Positions 6,620 through 14,492 of a DNA stretch of 16,128 bases are shown here, one piece after another (the first letter of the stretch is position 1; every line of letters starts with the position of its first letter). The position numbers and the translations under genes were made by a program. Where the stretch lies: the NCBI GenBank assembly GCA_019358935.1, contig JAHHIK010000150.1, forward strand, positions 1-16,128, given 5' to 3'. The DNA is from Tolypothrix carrinoi HA7290-LM1. GTDB taxonomy: Bacteria > Cyanobacteriota > Cyanobacteriia > Cyanobacteriales > Nostocaceae. The notes beneath the pieces are model-generated. The model saw nothing but the letters and a program-made list of their open reading frames with translations. It ran no database searches and was not told where the DNA came from.

Positions 6620-8797
6620 ATGGACGGCGATCGCTGCACAAAAAATGCCTGCACTGGTATCATCGAAGATGGTTACTGTAACGTCTGCGGATTGGCGGCG
6701 GTAAAATTTCAGCCGAGTAGCCAAAGACAAAGCGCAACTATTACAGCAAGAACTTCATCCGTCACCACGGGAACGGGTTCTTCTCCACTAACCAATCGTT
6801 CTAAAGGTTCGCGACGTACTAGTACAACCATCACTAGAAGTACCCGCAAGCACTTGGGCGCGGGGTTAATATCCGTACCCGAACTGCCTTCAACCGAGCC
6901 AGAAAAAGCCATCATCCCTAACCCGATGGTGCCGGAAAATAAACGCTTTTGCGCGAATTGTAATAACCCGCTGCGACGGGAAAAGGGATTTTGCAGCAAG
7001 TGCGGACAGAAGTATTCTTTTATTCCCAGCCTTCAGCCAGGTGATTTAGTTATTGGACAATATGAAGTTAAAGGAGCGATCGCTTATGGTGGTTTAGGTT
7101 GGATTTACTTAGGCTTTGATAAAATTCTATCTCGCTACGTAGTCCTCAAAGGATTGCTCAACACCGAAGACGCATCAAGTGCAGCCGTTGCCGTCGCTGA
7201 AAGACAATTTTTAGCAGCAGTGAAACACCCGAATATTGTGGGGATTTACAACTTCGTTAACCACGGTAACGAAGGTTTCATTATTATGGAATATGTCGGC
7301 GGCAAAACCCTGAGAGAAATTCGCAAGAGTCGCGGACCGCTACCAGTTGCAGAAGCGATCGCCTACATTCACCGCATCCTCAGTGCATTTGCTTATTTAC
7401 ATTCCCTAGGTTTAGTTTACTGCGACTTCAAGCCAGATAACATCATGATTGAAGGCGGCGATGTGAAGTTAATTGACTTAGGTGGTGTCCGCAGAATTGA
7501 TGACCCTTATGGTGATATTTATGGCACAGTCGGCTACAGCGCTCCCGAAGCTGGCGAAGGACCGACCGCTGTATCAGATTTATTTACAGTTGGTAGAACC
7601 TTGGCAGTATTGCTGACTAATATTAAAGGTTTTAACAAGCAACATTTATATACCTTACCCAGTCCTGAAGAAGAACCAATATTTGCCGAACAAGAATCAC
7701 TTTATCGCTTTTTAATAAAAGCCACCGCTGAAAATCCCGACGATCGCTTTCAATCGGCAGATGAAATGGCAGATCAACTGCTGGGTGTGCTGCGGGAAGT
7801 AGTAGCAATTAGCACTAAGATTCCGCGTCCATCTGCGAGTAACGTCTTTAGTGGAGATATGCTAGCGCTGGGTAACGGTAATGACTTTGAACCGATAAAA
7901 GTCGATTATCAGCAATTGCCCGTGCCAATGTTAGACTCAGAAGATTCTGGCTTTAATACAGTCGTAAATGCGAGTGCGATCGCCGATCCGGTGAAACGAG
8001 CAGCCAGTTTAAAAATAGCAGTTAAGCTATGTCCTAATTCTGCCGAAGCATTACTGCGATTGGCAAACAGCCTAATTGACACCTTTGAGTACGACGAGGC
8101 AGAGCATATTATAGCACAATTTGAGGCAAAAGATGCTTGGGACTGGCGAATTTTTTGGTATCGCGGGCGATCGCTAATGCGGCAAGGCAAATCTAAAGAA
8201 GCACAAGCAGCATTCGACCAAGTTTATTTTGACTTACCGGGGGAACTTGCGCCCAAATTGGCGTTAGCGCTTGCGGCAGAACAAGCAGAAAATTATCAAC
8301 TAGCAATTAAGATGTATAACTTGGTATCTCGTACCGAGCCGGGTTATGTATCAGCGGCATTTGGGTTAGCTCGATGTCTTTGTGCTGTTGGCGATCGTAG
8401 CGGTGCGGTAGCAGCTTTAGAAAGAGTACCGCAAAGTTCAAATTTATTTACGCGATCGCGTGTGGAAATTGCCCGAACCCTAATTAATGGCGATCGTTCT
8501 ACCCCCGGAACCAAAGAATTACAAGCTGCTTCCACCGCGATTGAAGCCCTCACTTTAGAAGGAATGGATCGCCATAAATTAACCAAACAACTTTTAGAAA
8601 CAGCCTTAAATCTGCTTACCTCGAAGACAGTAAAAGCCGCTGACGACATGAAAATTTTAGGACAGCCATTTCAAGAAATACATTTAAGAAAAGGATTAGA
8701 AAAAGCCTTGCGTGACATGGCACACCTCGTAACCAAAGAAGAAAAAATTCGCTTAGTTGATGAAGCAAATCGCGTGCGTCCAAGGACTATTTTTTAA
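6620..8797 (+). CDS. pknG: PknG-type Ser/Thr protein kinase (Zn finger, Thr-rich linker, rubredoxin, kinase, TPR)
   Basis: LGAGLISVP...PMVPENKRFCANC...GFCSKCG..YSFIPSLQPGDLVIGQYEVKGAIAYGGLGWIYL, VVLKG, AERQFLA, non-RD loop YCDFKPDN, DLG, GTVGYSAPE and a TPR region (PGELAPKLALA, SAAFGLAR) match the actinobacterial PknG architecture. AGGAG RBS upstream. Confidence 0.92.
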   Translation: MDGDRCTKNACTGIIEDGYCNVCGLAAVKFQPSSQRQSATITARTSSVTTGTGSSPLTNRSKGSRRTSTTITRSTRKHLGAGLISVPELPSTEPEKAIIPNPMVPENKRFCANCNNPLRREKGFCSKCGQKYSFIPSLQPGDLVIGQYEVKGAIAYGGLGWIYLGFDKILSRYVVLKGLLNTEDASSAAVAVAERQFLAAVKHPNIVGIYNFVNHGNEGFIIMEYVGGKTLREIRKSRGPLPVAEAIAYIHRILSAFAYLHSLGLVYCDFKPDNIMIEGGDVKLIDLGGVRRIDDPYGDIYGTVGYSAPEAGEGPTAVSDLFTVGRTLAVLLTNIKGFNKQHLYTLPSPEEEPIFAEQESLYRFLIKATAENPDDRFQSADEMADQLLGVLREVVAISTKIPRPSASNVFSGDMLALGNGNDFEPIKVDYQQLPVPMLDSEDSGFNTVVNASAIADPVKRAASLKIAVKLCPNSAEALLRLANSLIDTFEYDEAEHIIAQFEAKDAWDWRIFWYRGRSLMRQGKSKEAQAAFDQVYFDLPGELAPKLALALAAEQAENYQLAIKMYNLVSRTEPGYVSAAFGLARCLCAVGDRSGAVAALERVPQSSNLFTRSRVEIARTLINGDRSTPGTKELQAASTAIEALTLEGMDRHKLTKQLLETALNLLTSKTVKAADDMKILGQPFQEIHLRKGLEKALRDMAHLVTKEEKIRLVDEANRVRPRTIF

Positions 8798-8798
8798 A

Positions 8799-8914
8799 TA
8801 TAGCAGTCCTAAATAAGAGCGTAAAAACCTCTCTTTATTCTTATCTCTGTGTTCTCTGTGCCTCTGCGGTTAGTTTAAACAATAATATTCACAACTCCTC
8901 CACGGATTGCTATA
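8799..8914. mobile_element. MITE-like element with TATAGCAGTCC / GGATTGCTATA ends
   Basis: 10/11 inverted match of the termini and an internal CTCTGTG/CTCTGCG tract. It fills the kinase-GNAT intergenic space. Confidence 0.6.
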
Positions 8915-8920
8915 GCAAAT

Positions 8921-9487
8921 ATGACAAAGATGAAAACAATTATAGTCCCAACAAAAAAGTTGCAACTAATTGCTTGCACCTTGGAAATTGCCCAAGCAGA
9001 ACTTAGTGATAAATCCAAATTTTCTGAACTACTGAATGCATCTGTACCCGATACTTGGCCCCCTGAATTTAACGACGATGAAACGATTTTATTTATTATA
9101 AATAAATTGCAAGAAGCTCCTGAGCAGTCAGGATGGTGGTCTTGGTACTTTTTGCTAAAAGATGTAGTTACAGCATCTATTCTTATTGGTAATGGTGGTT
9201 TCAAAGGTAAGCCAACATCTGATGGCATCGTCGAAATTGGCTATTCAATTTTACCAGAGTTTCAAAACTTGGGATACGCTACAGAAGCTATCCAAGCACT
9301 TGTATCTTGGGCATTTGCTCATCCAGAAGTTCAGCAAGTTATAGCAGAAACTCTGCCAGAACTCAAAGCTTCACAAAGGGTTTTGGAAAAAAGCCATTTT
9401 ACATATGTTGGACAAGGTTCTGAAGAGGGAACAATTCGTTATCAGCTTTATCGTAATCGCCAAATGAACTTAGGAGCAGCAAATTAA
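8921..9487 (+). CDS. GNAT family N-acetyltransferase (RimJ/RimL-like)
   Basis: IGNGGFKGKP..DGIVEIGYSILPEFQNLGYATEA and ASQRVLEKSHF. The start may be ATG 8930. Confidence 0.92.
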   Translation: MTKMKTIIVPTKKLQLIACTLEIAQAELSDKSKFSELLNASVPDTWPPEFNDDETILFIINKLQEAPEQSGWWSWYFLLKDVVTASILIGNGGFKGKPTSDGIVEIGYSILPEFQNLGYATEAIQALVSWAFAHPEVQQVIAETLPELKASQRVLEKSHFTYVGQGSEEGTIRYQLYRNRQMNLGAAN

Positions 9488-9491
9488 ACTT

Positions 9492-10421
9492 ATGGAATGT
9501 CCAAACTGTGGAACGGTGGTACTGCTTAACGATAAATTTTGTGAAGAATGCGGTACATCCTTAACAACAGTGGGATGTGAAAAATGCGGTGCCGAACCAG
9601 AAGCAATTGATGACGAAGGATTCTGCTCAGTTTGTGGATTTCGTAAAGAAGTTCAGGAGCGACTTGAGATAATTATTGACTCGCGTCTAGCAGGAGTAAG
9701 CGATCGCGGACTCAGACACCACCGCAACGAAGATTACCTTGCCCTGCAAACCGTTAATTCTAACACTCATATCCTTATCGTTTGTGATGGAGTTTCCAGT
9801 TCTAGCAATCCTCATATAGCCGCTCAAACTGCCAGCGAAAGTGCTTCTACAGCATTAATCACCGCCATCAAACAAAAACAAAATCCCGAATCAGCCATCA
9901 AATCAGCCGTAGCTGCCGCCCTCTCCTCCCTATGTAATATTGCTAATACTAAAAGTATCAATTACGAACCACCATCAACCACCATTGTAGCCGCCGTTGT
10001 TCAACAGAACACCGCTACCATAGGTTGGCTCGGTGACAGCCGCGCTTATTGGATTTCAGACAACAATTCCCAACAATTAACCAAAGACGATTCCTGGCTC
10101 AGTGAAGTAGTAGCAGCCGGCGAAATGACACAAGCCCAAGCCAAACAATCTCCCCAAGCAAACGCCATTACCCGCTGGTTAGGCGCAGACATCATTGACG
10201 ACGCCATCCCCTCCATCATCAACTTTACCATTCCCAGTTCCGGATATTTACTGCTGTGTAGCGACGGACTCTGGAACTACACAGAACAACCACAGCAACT
10301 CGCCAACCTCATACAATCCACATCACATACAAATGCCATCACCATCTCCCAATCACTAATCGAATTCGCCCGTCACAGCGGCGGACACGACAACATCACA
10401 GTTGCCCTCCTCTCCCTATAA
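9492..10421 (+). CDS. PP2C/PPM Ser/Thr phosphatase with N-terminal double zinc ribbon
   Basis: CPNC..CEEC..CEKC..CSVC, then DRGLRHHRNED, VCDG, GDSRAY, CSDGLW and GHDNIT. Confidence 0.95.
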   Translation: MECPNCGTVVLLNDKFCEECGTSLTTVGCEKCGAEPEAIDDEGFCSVCGFRKEVQERLEIIIDSRLAGVSDRGLRHHRNEDYLALQTVNSNTHILIVCDGVSSSSNPHIAAQTASESASTALITAIKQKQNPESAIKSAVAAALSSLCNIANTKSINYEPPSTTIVAAVVQQNTATIGWLGDSRAYWISDNNSQQLTKDDSWLSEVVAAGEMTQAQAKQSPQANAITRWLGADIIDDAIPSIINFTIPSSGYLLLCSDGLWNYTEQPQQLANLIQSTSHTNAITISQSLIEFARHSGGHDNITVALLSL

Positions 10422-10444
10422 ACCAAACCCCTTCTCCTCTTCCC

Positions 10445-10583
10445 TCTCTGCGTCCTCCGCGCCTCTGTGAGTCCAGCCCCCGTCTTGGACGCCACTTGCT
10501 TTATGCCGGGAGACCCGTCCACCGCAGTGGCTCCGCTTTCCGTCACGATGGGGGACTGGCGAACCCGAAGGGCGGTTCGTTAA
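10445..10583. repeat. Three-level nested small repeats
   Basis: A CTCTGCG-type repeat is split by a TGAGTCCA...TGGCGAACCCGAAGGG element (10468-10572), itself split by a 45-bp ACGCCAC...GTGGCTC element (10489-10533). Confidence 0.75.
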
Positions 10584-10599
10584 ATCCAAACCAAACACC

Positions 10600-11883
10600 A
10601 TGCCTAACCAATTCAAAGCCGAAGTCTTCCAAAACCAATTTTTACCCCAAGGTGCCAGAGAAGTTCACGCCATCATGACCGTCACCGTCCAAGCCGGTGA
10701 CAGCGTAGCTACAACCCCCAACAACGGCAGACTATTCGGTATTATTTGCGACACATCCGGCTCAATGGGAGGTAAAAAGATTCACGCGGCAAGAGATGCG
10801 ATGGTCAAAGTCGTAAATCTCCTGCCAGACGATGCCTACTTCTTCATCATCACAGGTGCTAGTAAAGCCAGCGTCATATGTCCAGTGTCAAAAGCTACAC
10901 CAGATAAAAAAACGTGGGCGATCGCCGCCATCAAAGAGATTTATGCTAGCGGCGGTACACTCATGTCAACTTGGTTGAATGAAGCTTTAGAACAATTCAA
11001 CAAAATGCCAAACGCCGTTCGTCAAGCATTACTACTCACAGACGGACAAAACGACGATTCAGACGAATTTAAACTCAATAAAATTCTCCAAGCTTGTGAA
11101 GGAGTCTTTCAATGTGATTGTCGAGGCGTCGGTACTGATTGGCGAGTTGCACAACTCCAAAAAATTGCTAATAAACTGCTGGGTACAACTGACATCATCC
11201 CCAACGCCGAGATGATTGAAGCTGACTTTCGAGCGATTTTAGAGAAAGCCATGAGCAAAGATGTCAGCGATGTCGCTATGCGCTTGTGGACTCCCCAAGG
11301 TGCAAAAATACTTTTTTGCAAACAAGTTAGTCCCGATATTGTAGACCTTACACATCGCGCCAAAATTGTCAAGACCCAAGTCGTAGATTATCCCACCGGC
11401 GCTTGGGGAAAACAAGAATCCCGTGATTACCACTTCTGCATCGAAGTTAATCCGGGCAACGTTGGTGATGAAATGTTAGCCGGTCGCGCAAGTTTAGTTT
11501 ACACAAACAACGGTGTAGAAAGCAAAATTGTTGAGGCACGCATTCTGGCAACTTGGACTGACGACGATGCTAAATCGACCAAAATCGACAGACGAGTTGC
11601 CCACTACACCGGACAAGCAGAACTTGCCCAATCGATTCAGCAAGGATTAGAAGCGCGTGCCAAAGGTAATATTGAAATCGCCACCGCCAAGTTAGGCAAA
11701 GCAGTGAAACTTGCCCATGAATCTGGTAACGAAGCAACAGCTAAACTCTTAAAAACTGTAGTTGATATAGAAGATGCACCCACAGGAACAGTGCGATTAA
11801 AAAAAGCTGTTGCTAAAGAAGACGAAATGGCGTTGGAAACTCGTTCTACCAAAACTACCCGCATTCAAAAACCACAAAGTTAG
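10600..11883 (+). CDS. von Willebrand factor A (vWA) domain protein
   Basis: MIDAS motif DTSGS, GGT and LLTDG. Helical C-terminal region ending LETRSTKTTRI. Confidence 0.93.
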   Translation: MPNQFKAEVFQNQFLPQGAREVHAIMTVTVQAGDSVATTPNNGRLFGIICDTSGSMGGKKIHAARDAMVKVVNLLPDDAYFFIITGASKASVICPVSKATPDKKTWAIAAIKEIYASGGTLMSTWLNEALEQFNKMPNAVRQALLLTDGQNDDSDEFKLNKILQACEGVFQCDCRGVGTDWRVAQLQKIANKLLGTTDIIPNAEMIEADFRAILEKAMSKDVSDVAMRLWTPQGAKILFCKQVSPDIVDLTHRAKIVKTQVVDYPTGAWGKQESRDYHFCIEVNPGNVGDEMLAGRASLVYTNNGVESKIVEARILATWTDDDAKSTKIDRRVAHYTGQAELAQSIQQGLEARAKGNIEIATAKLGKAVKLAHESGNEATAKLLKTVVDIEDAPTGTVRLKKAVAKEDEMALETRSTKTTRIQKPQS

Positions 11884-11940
11884 TCAATAGTCAATAGTCA
11901 AATTTTCAAATAAAGGACAAATGACAAATGACAAATGACA
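11881..11940. repeat. STRR heptamer tracts (TAGTCAA)n and (GACAAAT)n
   Basis: Seen directly. The second tract supplies the ATG at 11928. Confidence 0.85.
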
Positions 11941-12728
11941 TCTCTACCTATAAATGTCTCAAAGGTCACGAATCAACCGAATCCGATTATTGTTCAGAGT
12001 GTGGGGTGAAAATTCTCGGTGTAGGTGAAGCGATCGCCTCACCTGTACCACAAAACATAACTCTCGAAACTTGCCCAGCTTGCAGCGTTCAGCGCGAACT
12101 TAACAGCGGCGACTTTTGCGAAATTTGCGGTTACAACTTCGTCACCCTAGTTCATGGGGAAGTGCCCATTGTTGAGGGGATGAGGGGACAGGGGGGACAG
12201 GGGGGACAGGGGGGACAGGGGGGACAAGGGGGACAAGGGGGACAAGGGGGACAAGGGAGACAAGAGGACAAAGGTGAATTTGCTTCGTTGTCTTCCCCCT
12301 CCTCCGTGTCTCCCCATCCCCCCCTCTCCCCCTCTCCCCCTCCCCCCATCCCCCTCACCTGGGAACTTGTTGTCACAATCGATCCATCCCTACGGCATCC
12401 AGAAAGCCCAGAAGCGCCAACAAATCAACAGGCTATTGCATTTCGCCTAAACAAGTCAAATAACCTCATCGGTCGTAATAGCCAAGCTAGAGGAATTGAA
12501 CCAGAAATTGCTTTGGATTTTGACAATGCTGTTTCCCACCGTCACGCTTTGTTAAACCTTCAGTCAGACGGTTCTTTAACTCTGCGCGATATTAATTCTT
12601 CTAACGGGACTAAGCTTAACGGAGTGGAATTGAAGCCAATGGTGGATGCACCTCTACAAGATGGAGACGAATTTACTTTAGGACACTGGACTCGAATTGC
12701 TGTCAAAGTTATCCACCAATCTTTATAA
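11928..12728 (+). CDS. FHA domain protein with N-terminal zinc ribbons and a repeat-derived GGQ/Pro-rich linker
   Basis: CLKGH..CSEC and CPAC..CEIC. FHA motifs IGR, VSHRHA and DINSSNGTKLNG. Confidence 0.93.
   Translation: MTNDISTYKCLKGHESTESDYCSECGVKILGVGEAIASPVPQNITLETCPACSVQRELNSGDFCEICGYNFVTLVHGEVPIVEGMRGQGGQGGQGGQGGQGGQGGQGGQGRQEDKGEFASLSSPSSVSPHPPLSPSPPPPIPLTWELVVTIDPSLRHPESPEAPTNQQAIAFRLNKSNNLIGRNSQARGIEPEIALDFDNAVSHRHALLNLQSDGSLTLRDINSSNGTKLNGVELKPMVDAPLQDGDEFTLGHWTRIAVKVIHQSL
12174..12356. repeat. 183-bp G-rich/C-rich quasi-palindromic repeat element in frame within the FHA gene
   Basis: About eight 9-bp GGGGGACA(G/A) units followed by CCCCCTCT/CCCCAT tracts. The ends GAGGGGATG and CATCCCCCTC are near-complementary. 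Length is 61 codons. Confidence 0.85.
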
Positions 12729-12979
12729 GTTTCGTGGATTAAATAAAATGCAAAACTTTTATTTTGTCGGGTGCATTATTCATAACTACGAGACTCTTTT
12801 CTTTTGTAGGGTGCGTTATGCATAACGCAACGCCAGTTGCTACAACGTTCGTGACCTCACGAGCGGGTTCGCCACTTCGACGGGACCCAAACCGACACCG
12901 CGCCCGTGGACTCACCGCAACGCACTGGCTCCCCTACGGGACTCAAATTGCTGTCAAAGTTACCCACCAATCTTTATAA
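12688..12979 (+). repeat. 41-bp direct repeat of the FHA gene 3' end (12688-12728 and 12939-12979) enclosing nested REP/SDR-like repeats
   Basis: The copies are 39/41 identical. Removing 12830-12931 restores the perfect 30-bp palindrome GTAGGGTGCGTTATGCATAACGCACCCTAC. Confidence 0.9.
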
Positions 12980-12990
12980 AGATAAAAAAT

Positions 12991-14370
12991 ATGAGTAAGA
13001 TAATCTCAGCCTCAAGTAAAGCAATTAAAAAACTCAATACTCCACAACTGCTTCAAGGTGGCTTGTACTTAACTTGGGCTACAAGTTTACTAGTATTAGT
13101 TTCTACTATTAGCGGCATCCAAGGACAACGGCACGCTATTAACACAATCGGTAAAGATGCAACACCGAGTATTACTACTGCCCAACGTCTCAAAGATGCA
13201 GCAGCGGGTATGGATGCCTACATTGCTAAAGAACTGCTATTACCATCTGGACAAAACCAAGATGCTGTTAAGGGTTACGAGGAGCGATACGAGAAACTAA
13301 CTCAAAGACTGGTTGCTGCTGCGGAAAGTATCAGCTACGGAGATAAAGAGCGAAAACCTATCGAAACTTTGCAACTAGAATTAGGTAACTACATCGCCAA
13401 GATTCAGCAGGCGCGTGATTTTCACGAACGCGGTGATACTAATAATATGCTGGTTGCTTATCGAAGTGCTGCGGAAATTATGGATGAGAAATTATTACCA
13501 GCAACCGACGCACTGGATAAGGTGAATGTAGACGCTTTAAATGTTACATACAATAAGGAAAAATTTGACTCTGGGAAATCGCTATTTTTTATAGTGATTT
13601 CTGGTGTTGCACTAATCAGCGTATTAGTAGGGTTACAAATATTTCTCAGTCAGAGGACTCGTCGCACCTTCAATCCTATGCTGTTGGCAGCGAGTGCGAT
13701 CGCTATTGCTTTTTTAAATTACACAACAGGTGCGTTTCTTTCTGCTTCCCAAAATCTCAGAATTGCTAAAGAAGATGCTTTCACTTCTATGCACGCATTG
13801 CGACAAGCCCGCGCTTTAGGTTACATCGCCAATGCCGCTCAAAGTCGCTATTTGTTTGATTCGGCTTTTGCTTTGAATCACGAACAGGCTTTTTTTAATA
13901 CTATAGCTAAAATTGCCAAACCGCCTGATGGTGACACTTTTGAAACAGTCGCAGCATCAGCATCAGCATCAGGCTACAAACCGAATAATTTCACAGGCTT
14001 GTTAGCTGACCAACTAAAAAATATTACCTTTGCTGGCGAACGAGAAGCAACAGTAAAAAACTTGACAACTTTAGGCGCTTATGTTGCTATTGATAAACAG
14101 ATTCGCCAACTCGAACGCAGTGGAAAACATACTGAAGCGATCGCACTTTGTTTAGGTAGTCAACCAGGACAATCTAATTGGGCATTTGATGAATTCAGAT
14201 TGAAAGCTAATCAAAAAACTTTTGATATTAACCAAGCAGCCTTCGACAAAGCAATTAAGCAAGGCTTTAAAGATGTGGATGGTTTTGAGTTTACCACCCC
14301 AGTAGCGCTGAGTGCGATCGCTCTTTTAACTTTATTTGGATTGCTCCCACGCTTGAAAGAGTATGCTTAA
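12991..14370 (+). CDS. GlnX-like membrane protein (4 TM helices, two extracytoplasmic helical-bundle domains)
   Basis: Hydrophobic segments at the N-terminus, a central pair joined by the basic loop QRTRRTFNPMLL, and a C-terminal helix ending GLLPRLKEYA. The topology and these motifs resemble actinobacterial GlnX from memory, and the gene lies in a pknG locus. Confidence 0.7.
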   Translation: MSKIISASSKAIKKLNTPQLLQGGLYLTWATSLLVLVSTISGIQGQRHAINTIGKDATPSITTAQRLKDAAAGMDAYIAKELLLPSGQNQDAVKGYEERYEKLTQRLVAAAESISYGDKERKPIETLQLELGNYIAKIQQARDFHERGDTNNMLVAYRSAAEIMDEKLLPATDALDKVNVDALNVTYNKEKFDSGKSLFFIVISGVALISVLVGLQIFLSQRTRRTFNPMLLAASAIAIAFLNYTTGAFLSASQNLRIAKEDAFTSMHALRQARALGYIANAAQSRYLFDSAFALNHEQAFFNTIAKIAKPPDGDTFETVAASASASGYKPNNFTGLLADQLKNITFAGEREATVKNLTTLGAYVAIDKQIRQLERSGKHTEAIALCLGSQPGQSNWAFDEFRLKANQKTFDINQAAFDKAIKQGFKDVDGFEFTTPVALSAIALLTLFGLLPRLKEYA

Positions 14371-14492
14371 TACCAAATATATAATTCATTAGTTGTAATT
14401 CCAATTGTTCACCCTATCTGGTGATGTCGCTCAAAACTGCTGAACGATATCTTAAAAGTACCAGGAGTGATTGAACTCTGGAGAATGCAATT

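Noticed and set aside
6367..6730. Short ORFs 6367-6663, 6405-6704 and 6545-6730, and likewise 4937-5227, 10416-10616, 10496-10678, 12152-12376 and 12764-12979
   Set aside because: They are translations of repeat DNA (DKEDKE, PCLPCL, CPPCPP) or overlap real genes.
3511..11864. Antisense or alternate-frame ORFs inside long genes (e.g. 3511-3750, 4546-4749, 6709-6999, 7909-8190, 8344-8649, 8875-9228, 11109-11372, 11637-11864)
   Set aside because: Shadow frames of well-supported CDSs with no recognisable motifs.
6620..11883. Calling the cluster a canonical TerY-P or YegIKL system
   Set aside because: It shares the kinase/PP2C/vWA triad, but gene order, the PknG-type kinase architecture and the FHA and GlnX-like partners differ. 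Kept only as an analogy.
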